Of a DNA stretch of 64,000 bases, positions 1-11,302 are shown one piece after another. Each line of letters opens with the position of its first letter. The first letter of the stretch is position 1. Origin of the DNA: Chitinophaga pinensis (lineage in GTDB: Bacteria; Bacteroidota; Bacteroidia; NS11-12g; UBA955); NCBI GenBank assembly GCA_945890895.1, contig CAMDDG010000002.1, positions 40,048 to 104,047 of the forward strand. Direction: 5' to 3'. A model generated the notes under the pieces. It saw nothing but the letters and a program-made list of their open reading frames with translations, was not told the origin of the DNA and made no database searches. Both the position numbers and the translations under genes were made by a program.

Positions 1-1
1 A

Positions 2-103
2 CTCGAGTTTCAAGATCTAAATGGTGAAATTTGTTCAATTCAAGCTGAATATCCCAAGGATTTTTCGGTATTCTTGAAATTACTCAATAAATACGATAAA
101 TAA
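2..103 (+). CDS. C-terminal fragment of an unidentified CDS truncated by the window start
   Basis: Frame 2 is open from the window edge to TAA at 101-103 (LEFQDLNGEICSIQAEYPKDFSVFLKLLNKYDK*). Too short for a family assignment. Confidence 0.3.
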   Translation, partial: LEFQDLNGEICSIQAEYPKDFSVFLKLLNKYDK

Positions 104-114
104 TATGCGCTGAA

Positions 115-585
115 ATGGAAGTTCCACAACTTGAAAAACTCCCAGAAAAAGAACTAAAAGCCGCTATTAAGCGAACAAAACAAAAGCCTCCAAAGAATTT
201 GGATGAACTTTTTTATAATTGGCATGAAGAAACATTTGAAAAAGTAGATTGTCTTACATGTGCGAACTGTTGCAAGACAACATCTCCCATGTTTTTCGAA
301 AAGGATATTGAACGTTTAAGCTCCTATTTTAAACTACGTCCAGCTCAATTTATTGAAAAATTTTTATTTCTAGATACCGATGGAATCTGGGCTTTAAAAA
401 GTAGTCCCTGTCCGTTTTTAGGAAGCGATAATTATTGTTCTGTTTATGATGTTCGACCTAAAGCTTGTAGGGAATTCCCACATACCAATCACCGTAAAAT
501 GCACACTCATTTGCATTTAATTCCTCAAAACATCCAAATTTGTCCGGCAGTAATAGAAATAGCCAAAAAACTGATGGCCATTTAG
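115..585 (+). CDS. YkgJ/UPF0153-family cysteine-cluster (Zn/Fe-chelating) protein
   Basis: ATG start. CxxCxxCC cluster (DCLTCANCCKTT) plus a second Cys cluster (SPCPFLGSDNYCSVYDVRPKACREFP), typical of the YkgJ family. Confidence 0.75.
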   Translation: MEVPQLEKLPEKELKAAIKRTKQKPPKNLDELFYNWHEETFEKVDCLTCANCCKTTSPMFFEKDIERLSSYFKLRPAQFIEKFLFLDTDGIWALKSSPCPFLGSDNYCSVYDVRPKACREFPHTNHRKMHTHLHLIPQNIQICPAVIEIAKKLMAI

Positions 586-1118
586 AATTTATTCTTCCAC
601 ATCATGCTTTCAACCGGGCGATTGGGTTGTCCACTGTATTTAGCATTTGCTTTAGAATTGTACGGCACCAAAATTTCACCCTCAACAGGGAAGTAAATTA
701 ATTGACCGATGGGCATTCCGGCGTAAACTCGAACCGGCATTTTTACGGAAATTTCTAGCGTCCAATTTCCGCAGAATCCCACATCGCCTTTACCCGCGGT
801 GGCGTGAATATCTATTCCCAATCTACCTGTACTGCTTTTCCCCTCCAGAAATGGAACATGTGCGTGGGTTTCCGTGTATTCAGCCGTAACTCCCAGATAT
901 AAAGTATCAGGTTGCAATACAAATCCTTCATCTGGAATCTCGAAATGTCGGATGGTATTGTGTTTTTTTGCATCTAAAACTTCAGACTCATAAACCGCCA
1001 AATGAGGCCCAAGATGCACATCATAACTATTGCTTCCCAAAGCGTTACGATTGTATGGCTCAATAATGATGGTTTTTTTCTCGATTTCTTCGAGAATTCG
1101 TTGGTCTGATAAAATCAT
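582..1118 (-). CDS. dcd: dCTP deaminase
   Basis: MILSDQRILEEI..., SYDVHLG, EGKSSTGRLGI and GxxIGQL motifs. ATG at 1118 is preferred over the track start at 1163 because a TATATTTG -7 box (1122-1129) lies inside the longer version. Confidence 0.9.
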   Translation of the reverse strand: MILSDQRILEEIEKKTIIIEPYNRNALGSNSYDVHLGPHLAVYESEVLDAKKHNTIRHFEIPDEGFVLQPDTLYLGVTAEYTETHAHVPFLEGKSSTGRLGIDIHATAGKGDVGFCGNWTLEISVKMPVRVYAGMPIGQLIYFPVEGEILVPYNSKANAKYSGQPNRPVESMMWKNKF

Positions 1119-1121
1119 GCG

Positions 1122-1129
1122 CAAATATA
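1122..1129 (-). promoter_or_regulatory. Candidate -7 box TATATTTG, 3 nt upstream of the dcd ATG
   Basis: CAAATATA on the plus strand is TAnnTTTG on the gene strand. Confidence 0.45.
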
Positions 1130-1239
1130 TCAAAATCCCTCCGAAATTCGGAACTACTTTCAATGAAACAGAAAGGATTCATTTTTGGCTTATTCTGCCA
1201 TAAAATTCAACCTCACAATTATTTAAAATCAAAGTTTGG

Positions 1240-2196
1240 CTAAAAACCACGATGAAGAATGCGGTCCACTTTTTTTAAATCATTCACAGGTCTAAAGTCT
1301 CCAATTCTCTGTATAAAACTGATACTGGGCAACGGTAAATTAAACTGATTGTTCAACTTTCTAACTTCCCCAAAACGACCTTCTTCCGTGTATTTTCCTC
1401 CCCAATTGGCAAAATACATTACTCCCAACGACCAGCTTTTATTTGGATTTTTATTACTTATCAAACGAAATTGCACATTCGCATAAATAGATTTTCGTCC
1501 AACTACCAAGTTTTTATAATCCAATAAATACGGTGACCCTAGCGGATTGGTTGGGTCTTCTAATATGGGATTATTTTGTTCATCTAATTGCCACTTACTT
1601 ACGTTACTCATGGTTTGATAACCTGGTGAATACCACAATTCACCCAATACGTAAATTGCCGGACTAAGACGTTTACATCCTCCAAGCTGGAACATCATCG
1701 AGGTTGAAGGTAAAAAGTTGGCAGACCAAATCCCCAAAGCTGCTGTTAAATGATCATGAATTCCACCGTAAGTATATCCACCAAAAACCATGTTGGTCGT
1801 TAATGAATTTCCATCACTCAGAAACATGGAATTCGCAAAGATGTCTCCAACAATTAAGCGTTGTTTAGGCGCCACTTCCACAGAATATTGGGGAGCAACA
1901 TAGGCATAAAAAGGAAGAACTACTCCAGCCGCTACGGAGATATTATTGGTAAAACCGTATTGAACATCATTCAAAACACCATTGAAATTTTGATATTGCA
2001 ATGTACGCTTTTCAACTGGGTAACCCGACTGCATGAAAATGTAGCGACCACCAATTAATTTAACCTCTTCAATAATTGGCAAGATAACGGCTTTCCCTTT
2101 TTCGGGGGACAGTGAATCTGCTAGAACAAAATTTCCACGAATAGAAGAAAATAATGTGGTAAAAGTCAAAGTCAGAAGTCCCCAATAAAGTTTCAT
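1240..2196 (-). CDS. Hypothetical secreted or outer-membrane protein
   Basis: 318-aa ORF with an N-terminal signal-like hydrophobic segment (MKLYWGLLTLTFTTLFSS). Aromatic- and Gly-rich alternating pattern and a C-terminal ...HRGF ending. No family recognised. Confidence 0.55.
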   Translation of the reverse strand: MKLYWGLLTLTFTTLFSSIRGNFVLADSLSPEKGKAVILPIIEEVKLIGGRYIFMQSGYPVEKRTLQYQNFNGVLNDVQYGFTNNISVAAGVVLPFYAYVAPQYSVEVAPKQRLIVGDIFANSMFLSDGNSLTTNMVFGGYTYGGIHDHLTAALGIWSANFLPSTSMMFQLGGCKRLSPAIYVLGELWYSPGYQTMSNVSKWQLDEQNNPILEDPTNPLGSPYLLDYKNLVVGRKSIYANVQFRLISNKNPNKSWSLGVMYFANWGGKYTEEGRFGEVRKLNNQFNLPLPSISFIQRIGDFRPVNDLKKVDRILHRGF

Positions 2197-2201
2197 TACT
2201 G

Positions 2202-2209
2202 CAAAGATA
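2202..2209 (-). promoter_or_regulatory. Candidate -7 box TATCTTTG, 5 nt upstream of the ATG at 2196
   Basis: CAAAGATA on the plus strand. Confidence 0.45.
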
Positions 2210-2217
2210 CAACGAAA

Positions 2218-3351
2218 TTAATGTTTGATTTTCCAAGAAATAATTTGGGAATCATCGCTACAGGAAATCAATGTTTCATGATCCAACCAAATAATCTTAT
2301 TAACTGAACTTTTATGAGCTAATTCTTTATGAATCAATATGTCTCCACCATCTACATCCCACAATCGGATACACTTATCCATGCTTCCAGAGGCCAGCAA
2401 TTTTCCGCAGGGAGAAAATGCCAAAGCATGAATACTGAACCAATGTGCATCAATCTGTTTATGGATATTCAAGAATTCATCAGTAATCCAGATTTTAGCA
2501 TCTCGACCTCCCAAAGCACAAATTTTCTGATGTTGAACCATTTGAAACAGTGTGTTTCTCCCTATGGTGTATTCTTTGATACGTTGGAATTCAAAATTAT
2601 CCCAGTTATCGCCTAAAATTTCCCATTCGTACACCAATCCTGATTGTCCACCCACTCTTACTCTGTTGCCCAAATTAAAGTTTGAATTGATGCATCTCAA
2701 ACTGCCTGGAATTGCAATCGATTTTACCAAAAATTTCATTGGATTATTTATATCCCAAAGAGCAAGTTTCCCATCTGCCGAACACGATACGATAATCCTA
2801 CTTTCTTTTGATTGAAATTCTGAATATTCATTAAAATCAAAAACCCCTTTTTCATGGATTCGAAACTCCCACATTTTCTCAAATTTCAATTCTACCGGAA
2901 TTTTCATTTGGGAGCTCAACTCATTACTACTGCCATTGGCTAAATTCACATTATCATCATTAAAATTATCTGATCGTAACTCCTCCGCTGAACGAACATT
3001 TTTATCTATGGAAACATCATTGCCATCCGATGTTTGCAAATCCTGATTACTGTGGTTAAGCCCGCTCTGTAGTACAGGAAAACCCATTTTTCGGAATGCG
3101 TAAACCGTTCCAGATTGACCTCCAGCAAGTATAAATTCACTTTGACTTCCTAAAACACAGAGCGAATAAATGGGCTCACCGGTTTGAGCAATTAATCTAC
3201 CGTGAGATTCAGTACCGCTTGGCCAATGAACAATCCACCCTTCCGATCCAGCAGAAAACCATCCCCCAAGACCATCTAACTGAATATCATAAACAGCTTG
3301 TTTGTGTCCCAAAAAACGATTTTCCAACAAAAGATTTAACTTTGAACTCAT
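2218..3351 (-). CDS. WD40-repeat protein with a low-complexity insertion
   Basis: Repeated WD-like blades: SCSADGKLALWDI, LASGSMDKCIRLWDV, ISCSDDSQIISWKI, GGQSGTVYAF. An Asn/Ser/Asp-rich insert is present (NHSNQDLQTSDGNDVS...NFNDDNVNLANGSSNELSSQ). Confidence 0.8.
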   Translation of the reverse strand: MSSKLNLLLENRFLGHKQAVYDIQLDGLGGWFSAGSEGWIVHWPSGTESHGRLIAQTGEPIYSLCVLGSQSEFILAGGQSGTVYAFRKMGFPVLQSGLNHSNQDLQTSDGNDVSIDKNVRSAEELRSDNFNDDNVNLANGSSNELSSQMKIPVELKFEKMWEFRIHEKGVFDFNEYSEFQSKESRIIVSCSADGKLALWDINNPMKFLVKSIAIPGSLRCINSNFNLGNRVRVGGQSGLVYEWEILGDNWDNFEFQRIKEYTIGRNTLFQMVQHQKICALGGRDAKIWITDEFLNIHKQIDAHWFSIHALAFSPCGKLLASGSMDKCIRLWDVDGGDILIHKELAHKSSVNKIIWLDHETLISCSDDSQIISWKIKH

Positions 3352-4213
3352 GATTTTAATAGATTCTTGGGTTTGCGAAGAAAGTGGCAGCCAACTTTGG
3401 TTTTACAAAACTAACGCATCGTGGTTGGAAAGCGAAACTCAAGAAGAAATTCCTGTTAAAATCAACGGACGCATTCTAGAGCAACGAGCAACTCATTGGA
3501 TTCAACAAGAATTGCACCCAGAAACATACATTCAAAAAAACGAATTTGGGAAACCCGAACTGGTTGCTACAGGAATGGAGTCTTCCCCAGATAAATTACA
3601 ATCCATATTACCTTACATCAATTACAGTCATACGTTATTGTTTCAGAATAACTCCAATTCAAACAAATCAATAAATTCAAATCCCAATATAAATAACCCG
3701 ATTTCAAAGAAAGATTTTGGAAAGGAATGTTGGGTTTTATGGGGTACCCATAAGGAAAAACCCATCGGTGTAGATGTTGAAAGCGTGCGACCACAAATTG
3801 ATAAAATCAAGTCCAAGTTTTGCAGGCCCGAAGAAATGGTATTTGCGAATACTTCAGTGAAGACACTCCTCATTTGGTCAGCAAAAGAAGCCATGTATAA
3901 GGCTTATGGCAAGAAAGAAATTGACTTCAGAGAGCAAATGATGGTACACCCATTTGTTGGGTTTTCTACAGATGATCAACTATTGGATTCAGACAAATTA
4001 CCAGAAAGTACTTCAGAATTATCTGAATCAACTGCATTTTCCCACCACACAACTGACTCTTCAAATTCGACTTCAAGGCAAAATTCCGAATTGCAAACCA
4101 TCCATTTTTCGGGGGAACTATGGGGCGATAGACACTACTACTTTGATCTTTTCGCTCGTTGGTATGAACCCTTTGTTGTAGTTTGGGCCATAGAAAGTAA
4201 ATCAGCCCATTAA
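3350..4213 (+). CDS. 4'-phosphopantetheinyl transferase superfamily protein (Sfp-type)
   Basis: PIGVDVESV and WSAKEAMYKAYGK motifs. ATG at 3350 is preferred over the TTG at 3302. Two low-complexity inserts are present (NSNSNKSINSNPNINN; STSELSESTAFSHHTTDSSNSTS). Confidence 0.7.
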   Translation: MILIDSWVCEESGSQLWFYKTNASWLESETQEEIPVKINGRILEQRATHWIQQELHPETYIQKNEFGKPELVATGMESSPDKLQSILPYINYSHTLLFQNNSNSNKSINSNPNINNPISKKDFGKECWVLWGTHKEKPIGVDVESVRPQIDKIKSKFCRPEEMVFANTSVKTLLIWSAKEAMYKAYGKKEIDFREQMMVHPFVGFSTDDQLLDSDKLPESTSELSESTAFSHHTTDSSNSTSRQNSELQTIHFSGELWGDRHYYFDLFARWYEPFVVVWAIESKSAH

Positions 4214-4251
4214 TTTCGTGTTTTACAACACATTCACCGGCCTAAATTCAC

Positions 4252-4259
4252 TATATTTG
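4252..4259 (+). promoter_or_regulatory. Candidate -7 box TATATTTG, 10 nt upstream of the lepA ATG
   Basis: Exact TAnnTTTG match. Confidence 0.5.
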
Positions 4260-4269
4260 CGGGCTAATT

Positions 4270-6060
4270 ATGGAACAAATCCGCAACTTTTGCATCATTG
4301 CACATATTGACCACGGTAAAAGCACTTTGGCTGATCGTTTGTTGGAATACACTAAGACCATCGATAAACGCCAAATGCAAGCTCAATTGCTCGACGATAT
4401 GGACTTGGAGCGGGAGCGTGGAATTACCATCAAAAGTCACGCCATTCAGATGAACTACGAATTGGATGGCAAAAAATATATTTTGAATCTTATTGATACC
4501 CCAGGTCACGTAGATTTTAGCTATGAAGTGAGTAGATCTATTGCTGCTTGTGAAGGAGCACTTTTGATTGTGGATGCAGCTCAAGGAATTGAAGCTCAAA
4601 CCATTTCAAATTTGTTCATGGCCTTGGAACACAATTTACACATCATTCCGGTATTAAATAAAATTGATCTACCTGGAGCCATGCAAGAGGAAGTTAAAGA
4701 CGAGATTGTGGATTTGTTGGGATGCGATCGCGACGCCATCATTCCTGCAAGCGGCAAAACCGGTTTAGGTGTATTCGATATTTTAAGAGCCATTATTGAA
4801 CGAATTCCTGCGCCTAAAGGAAATCCTTCTGGCTCGTTGAAAGCGCTTATTTTTGATTCCGTTTTCAATCCATTCCGCGGTATTATTGCTTACTATCGTG
4901 TTCTTGATGGCGAAATTCACAAAGGACAACACGTTAAGTTTATGAATACCGGCATGGATTATCATGCCGATGAGGTGGGTGTACTAAAATTGGAATTAAC
5001 CCCCAAAGATGTCATTAAAGCCGGTGATGTGGGATACATTATTTCAGGAATCAAAGATGCTAAAGAAGTTAAAGTCGGTGATACGATAACCGATTTTGCA
5101 AAGCCCGCTGAATCCGAAATTAAAGGTTTTGAAGATGTAAAACCCATGGTATTTGCTGGAATTTATCCCGTTGAAACCGAAGATTTCGAAGAATTGCGCG
5201 ATGCAATGGGTAAATTACAACTGAATGACGCCTCCATCGTTTTTGAGCCAGAAAGTTCTGCCGCTTTGGGATTTGGTTTCCGCTGTGGATTTTTGGGGAT
5301 GCTACACTTGGAAATCATACAAGAACGTTTGGAACGCGAATTCAACATGACCGTTATAACTACCGTTCCTAACGTTAGCTATATTGCTTACACTACCAAA
5401 GGCCAAACCATCGCCGTAAACAATCCGAGCGACCTTCCCCCACCCGATAAAATCGACTATGTGGAAGAACCTTATATTCACGCAACCATCATTACTAAGT
5501 CCGATTGGGTAGGTCCTGTGATGGGTCTTTGCCTAGATAAAAGAGGTATTCTTAAAAATCAAGTGTATATCACTGCCGATCGCGTAGAACTAACCTTCGA
5601 TATGCCTTTGGCCGAAATCGTGTTTGACTTTTACGATCGTTTGAAAACCATTTCTAAAGGATATGCAAGCTTCGATTATCACCCCATTGGATATAAAGAA
5701 AGTCACTTGGTAAAAATGGACATTTTGCTCAATTCCAAACAAGTGGATGCCTTAAGTGCCATCATTCACCGAGACAATGCATACGATTTAGGGAAAAAGA
5801 TTTGCAAAAAACTCAAAGATTTAATCCCAAAACAACAATTTGAAATTGCCATTCAGGCCGGAATCGGAGCTAAAATTATCGCCCGTGAAACCATCTCCGC
5901 GTTACGTAAAGACGTGACTGCCAAGTGTTACGGCGGAGATATATCTCGAAAAAGAAAGCTTTTAGAAAAACAAAAAGAAGGAAAAAAACGGATGAGAAGT
6001 GTTGGTAACGTAGACATTCCTCAAAGTGCCTTCATGGCTGTTTTAAAACTGAATGATTAG
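4270..6060 (+). CDS. lepA: Elongation factor 4 (translational GTPase LepA)
   Basis: [30 protein letters not shown] and NKIDL GTPase motifs. Conserved C-terminal [22 protein letters not shown]. Confidence 0.97.
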   Translation: MEQIRNFCIIAHIDHGKSTLADRLLEYTKTIDKRQMQAQLLDDMDLERERGITIKSHAIQMNYELDGKKYILNLIDTPGHVDFSYEVSRSIAACEGALLIVDAAQGIEAQTISNLFMALEHNLHIIPVLNKIDLPGAMQEEVKDEIVDLLGCDRDAIIPASGKTGLGVFDILRAIIERIPAPKGNPSGSLKALIFDSVFNPFRGIIAYYRVLDGEIHKGQHVKFMNTGMDYHADEVGVLKLELTPKDVIKAGDVGYIISGIKDAKEVKVGDTITDFAKPAESEIKGFEDVKPMVFAGIYPVETEDFEELRDAMGKLQLNDASIVFEPESSAALGFGFRCGFLGMLHLEIIQERLEREFNMTVITTVPNVSYIAYTTKGQTIAVNNPSDLPPPDKIDYVEEPYIHATIITKSDWVGPVMGLCLDKRGILKNQVYITADRVELTFDMPLAEIVFDFYDRLKTISKGYASFDYHPIGYKESHLVKMDILLNSKQVDALSAIIHRDNAYDLGKKICKKLKDLIPKQQFEIAIQAGIGAKIIARETISALRKDVTAKCYGGDISRKRKLLEKQKEGKKRMRSVGNVDIPQSAFMAVLKLND

Positions 6061-6068
6061 TAACTTTG
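6061..6068 (+). promoter_or_regulatory. Candidate -7 box TAACTTTG, 5 nt upstream of the dprA ATG
   Basis: Exact TAnnTTTG match directly after the lepA stop codon. Confidence 0.4.
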
Positions 6069-6073
6069 GGTGA

Positions 6074-7255
6074 ATGACACCCAAGGAAGAACTTTTATCA
6101 CTTTTAGTACTAAGTCAATTACCCGGTATTGGACCTATTTTAGGTAAAACATTAATTCGGCATTTTGGATCAGCAAATGCTGCAATTAATGCAAATAAAT
6201 CGTCTTTTTTAGCCAGTCCAGTTTCCAATGAAAAAATTTACAATCACTTAGTCAATCAAAAAGAACAGCTATGGAAAAAGGCAGAAACGGAATGGTTGTT
6301 TTGTCAAAAATACAATATTCAAATACTGAGCTTTTATCAAGAGGAATATCCTATCCGTCTAAAACAACTTGTTGATGCACCGCTCCTATTATTTTTCAAA
6401 GGCAAAACTACATTAAATGCACCTCGGACTTTAGCTATTATTGGAACTCGAAAACCTCGACCCGAAAGTTTAGAGTTAACCCAACAAATTATTCAAGATT
6501 TAAAAAATTTAGGTGTCCAAATCATTAGTGGTTTGGCTTATGGGATCGATATTTCTGCACATCGAAATTCTCTGCAAAATCAACTATCTACCATTGGAGT
6601 TCTCGCTCATGGATTAGATACGATTTACCCTACCAACCACCGACAAACTGCGCAAGAAATGGTGAATCAAAATTCTGGTTTACTCACTGAAATGATTCAC
6701 AGAACCAAATTACACCCGGACTTGTTTCCTAGAAGAAACCGAATAGTTGCTGGATTAAGTGATGCGGTATTGGTGGTTGAAAGTAAAAACACCGGAGGCA
6801 GCATGTCTACAGCTCAAATTGCACGTAGCTACGATCGCGAAGTCTTTGCCATACCCGGAAGTCCGTTTTTCGGATACAATACGGGTACAAATGCTCTAAT
6901 TAAACGCAATGTGGCGCATCTAATTGAATCTGCCGATGACATTATACACTGGATGAAATGGAACCCTGAGAAATCGAGTACAATCGATGCTAAAAATTTA
7001 AATAGTGGGGAAATAAATGGTTTTTTTGATCTAAACAGCGTCCAACATCCCCAGAAAAAACAAAAATCCCTTTTTGAAATTTTGAATCCAGTCGAAGAAG
7101 AGATTTTGAATTTACTTGCCAATCAGGCCAAGCACATTGATGAACTGTTGATATTAAGTCAAATACCGATTCACCAGCTAACGCTTTCATTGTTAGAATT
7201 GGAACTAAAAGGGCTTATAAAAACAATGCCCGGAAAGTATTTTTCCCGGGCATGA
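6074..7255 (+). CDS. dprA: DNA-processing protein DprA (Smf)
   Basis: IIGTRKP..., ISGLAYGIDISAHR, VVESKNTGGSMSTA and a C-terminal winged-helix-like tail. Typical length of about 390 aa. Confidence 0.9.
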   Translation: MTPKEELLSLLVLSQLPGIGPILGKTLIRHFGSANAAINANKSSFLASPVSNEKIYNHLVNQKEQLWKKAETEWLFCQKYNIQILSFYQEEYPIRLKQLVDAPLLLFFKGKTTLNAPRTLAIIGTRKPRPESLELTQQIIQDLKNLGVQIISGLAYGIDISAHRNSLQNQLSTIGVLAHGLDTIYPTNHRQTAQEMVNQNSGLLTEMIHRTKLHPDLFPRRNRIVAGLSDAVLVVESKNTGGSMSTAQIARSYDREVFAIPGSPFFGYNTGTNALIKRNVAHLIESADDIIHWMKWNPEKSSTIDAKNLNSGEINGFFDLNSVQHPQKKQKSLFEILNPVEEEILNLLANQAKHIDELLILSQIPIHQLTLSLLELELKGLIKTMPGKYFSRA

Positions 7256-7338
7256 TTTGGCCTTCATCATTTGGCATATTCAGATAATTTTGTTGTGGTT
7301 CAACTCATTTTCTATGTTAAACTAATAGGAGCCGCTAA

Positions 7339-9204
7339 TTATTTTTTCTTCGCTCTTGCTTGACTCACTTTCATGGCTTCTTCCATTTTTTGTTGGAAAG
7401 CCGATTTCTTTACCGGTTTTTTACGAGCTTCTGCAATTTGCTTGTGCAATTTGTCATCATCTACCATTTTACGAATAGCCCATTGTTGACCAAATGTAAT
7501 CATATTACTAACGAAGTAATACCAAGTCAAACCCGATGCGTAATCGTTCAAAACCCCTAAGAAAATTACGGGCATTAAATATCCCATCCACTTCATTTGA
7601 CCCGTAACTCCAGAAATTTGATTGTTCAAATGGGTATAAATCAAGGTAGAAGCCGTCATTAACAAGGTAAAGAAACTCACGTGATCTCCGTAAAAAGGAA
7701 TATTAAATCCTAAATACGGACCGTCCCACTGTGATAAATCGTGTGACCATAAAAACGTTTTTTGTCTGAGTTCAAAAGCATGTGGGAAAAACTGGAACAT
7801 GGCAAACAAAATAGGCAATTGCAATAACATTGGAACACAACCACTCAAGGGACTCACTCCTGCTTTTTTATACAACGCCATATTTTCTGCTTGCACTTTT
7901 TGCAAATCGTTGTTGTGTTTTTCTTTAATTGCGTCCATTTCGGGCTTCAAAATTCTCATTTTAGCTGTTGAAATGTACGATTTGTAAACCAATGGCAATA
8001 ACATGGTTTTTATGATGATGGTTAACAACATTATCATAATTCCCGCATTTCCGATTAAACCTTGAAGGAAGGTAAAAATGGGTAATACCAAACCTCTGTT
8101 TACCCAACCAAAAATACCCCAACCCATAGGAATGATGCGTTCAACCGAAGCTTCTTGAATACCAAAATCTACATTCTCTAATGTATTGTATTGATTGGGA
8201 CCGAAATAAAATTCAAAATCCAACTTTCGATTCGGCTCACCATTGTAAGCAGAGAATAATTGAATACCTACCGGTTTAACATCCACTGAATCCGAGGGTT
8301 TGTTCAATCCCATATTTAACTTAGCATCGGTTAAAATATCGCTTGGACTGGAAATAATACTTGAGAAATACTGCTGCTTAAACGCCACCCACTGTACCTT
8401 GTTTTTCAATACTTCGGAGGCTTCTTCAGTAGAAGTTAACGTAGTTAGTGATTCATCAGGCAGTTTGTACACAATTGCAGCATTTTGCGTTTCCCATTTC
8501 ATGTCGCGCTCTTGCTTTTGAAGAGTGGCATTCCAATTGAATTTAAAATCAGAATTTCCGCGTCGAACAAATCGCTCCATGCCCACAATATCCAATTTAT
8601 AATCAACCTGGTATGGTTTCTTAGGATCTAAAGTGTATGATTGTTGAATGTAAGAAGAATCATTTATTTTCAACTGAAGTTTTACCGAAGAATTGGTTTT
8701 AGCCGCTACTTCCCAAACAAATTGATCGCTGCTAAGTGGATTCCCATTTTCATCATTCCATTGCCAAACCATTTTGTTTTTCTGAGCATCAAGAAGGATA
8801 AGGTCGGATGAATCTGAACGCTTGAATTCTTTCAATTTCACTTGAGAAATTGTTCCACCCATTTTTGCAACAGTAATGGACAATTGGTTGTTCTCAATTA
8901 CAATGTCTTTAAACTTTTCGGGGGATGCAACCACCATTTCACGAGTTGGTTGTTGAAATGCTGTATTGTTGTTGTTTGCGGTTGCTAAACTAGAATCCGA
9001 TGAATTTCCGGTAGAATCCGATGAATTCATTTTTGCAGATTCACTTTTCTTAAGATTTTCAGCATTGATTTGCTCCACTTTAGCCAGAGAATCTTGAGTT
9101 CTTTGCAACTGTGCTGCTTGTTCGGGGGTCGGAGCTGTATACCAGTAATACCCGGCAAGAATTAAAAAGATTAATGAAAATCCAATTATTGTATTACGAT
9201 CCAT
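7339..9204 (-). CDS. yidC: Membrane protein insertase YidC
   Basis: MDRNTIIGFSLIFLIL N-terminus, a large periplasmic domain and the C-terminal 60-kDa insertase core (PLSGCVPMLLQLPILFAMF). ATG at 9204 is preferred over the track TTG at 9216. Confidence 0.93.
   Translation of the reverse strand: MDRNTIIGFSLIFLILAGYYWYTAPTPEQAAQLQRTQDSLAKVEQINAENLKKSESAKMNSSDSTGNSSDSSLATANNNNTAFQQPTREMVVASPEKFKDIVIENNQLSITVAKMGGTISQVKLKEFKRSDSSDLILLDAQKNKMVWQWNDENGNPLSSDQFVWEVAAKTNSSVKLQLKINDSSYIQQSYTLDPKKPYQVDYKLDIVGMERFVRRGNSDFKFNWNATLQKQERDMKWETQNAAIVYKLPDESLTTLTSTEEASEVLKNKVQWVAFKQQYFSSIISSPSDILTDAKLNMGLNKPSDSVDVKPVGIQLFSAYNGEPNRKLDFEFYFGPNQYNTLENVDFGIQEASVERIIPMGWGIFGWVNRGLVLPIFTFLQGLIGNAGIMIMLLTIIIKTMLLPLVYKSYISTAKMRILKPEMDAIKEKHNNDLQKVQAENMALYKKAGVSPLSGCVPMLLQLPILFAMFQFFPHAFELRQKTFLWSHDLSQWDGPYLGFNIPFYGDHVSFFTLLMTASTLIYTHLNNQISGVTGQMKWMGYLMPVIFLGVLNDYASGLTWYYFVSNMITFGQQWAIRKMVDDDKLHKQIAEARKKPVKKSAFQQKMEEAMKVSQARAKKK
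8915..8927 (+). repeat. Copy of the over-represented 13-mer TTTTCGGGGGATG (inside yidC, antisense to the gene)
   Basis: Exact match. It encodes ASPEK on the gene strand. Confidence 0.85.
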
Positions 9205-9213
9205 GATTTGGTG

Positions 9214-9221
9214 CAAAGGTA
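9214..9221 (-). promoter_or_regulatory. Candidate -7 box TACCTTTG, 9 nt upstream of the yidC ATG (9204)
   Basis: CAAAGGTA on the plus strand. Confidence 0.45.
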
Positions 9222-9444
9222 CAATAATTTCACCCTTTTCAAATAGACTAAAGTTATTTGCAGTTGCTCATGTATTCCAAATCAGGAATAATGCATTTCT
9301 AACGGTGATATACTCGTGGGAAATGATTTCTCCAATGTGCAATAAGTCATACAATCCATCACAAAAGTTGATAATTTTCAATAAGGAGTTTTACAAAGTA
9401 TTTGCAAATTCCAAAACTTGTTGTTTTTAAATTGTAAAAAATAG

Positions 9445-10998
<1,554 letters not shown>

Positions 10999-11018
10999 TT
11001 ATTTTAAATTAAACGGAA

Positions 11019-11249
11019 ATGTTTGTTGAAATTTTAACACCAGATAACACCCTATTCTCAGGAGAAGCTGATTTAGTTACTCTTCCAGGAAGCAAAGGAA
11101 GTTTTCAGGTAAAACACAATCACGCCGCTTTGATTTCTAGCTTAAATGCAGGAACTATAGAGGTAAAATCGAGTGCTTCATCCAACACCTTTAATGTTAA
11201 AGGTGGATTAGTTGAAGTACTTGCCAACAAAGTAACGGTGTTGGTTTAA
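11019..11249 (+). CDS. atpC: F0F1 ATP synthase subunit epsilon (short form)
   Basis: Lies immediately downstream of atpD. The N-terminal beta-sandwich pattern (EILTPDNTLFSGEADLVTLPGSKGSFQV..NHAALIS) is present. Confidence 0.85.
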   Translation: MFVEILTPDNTLFSGEADLVTLPGSKGSFQVKHNHAALISSLNAGTIEVKSSASSNTFNVKGGLVEVLANKVTVLV

Positions 11250-11276
11250 ACGAAAAATATCCACTAATTATATCAA

Positions 11277-11302
11277 GGCCACCTTTTCAGGTGGCCTTTT
11301 TT
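11277..11302 (+). terminator. Rho-independent terminator after atpDC
   Basis: GGCCACC (11277-11283) pairs with GGTGGCC (11290-11296). A 6-nt loop is followed by TTTTTT (11297-11302). Confidence 0.75.

Noticed and set aside
582-585. The convergent ykgJ-like and dcd genes overlap by 4 nt with interlocked stop codons (TTAG).
   Set aside because: This is a common outcome of compact gene packing, with no evidence of functional significance.
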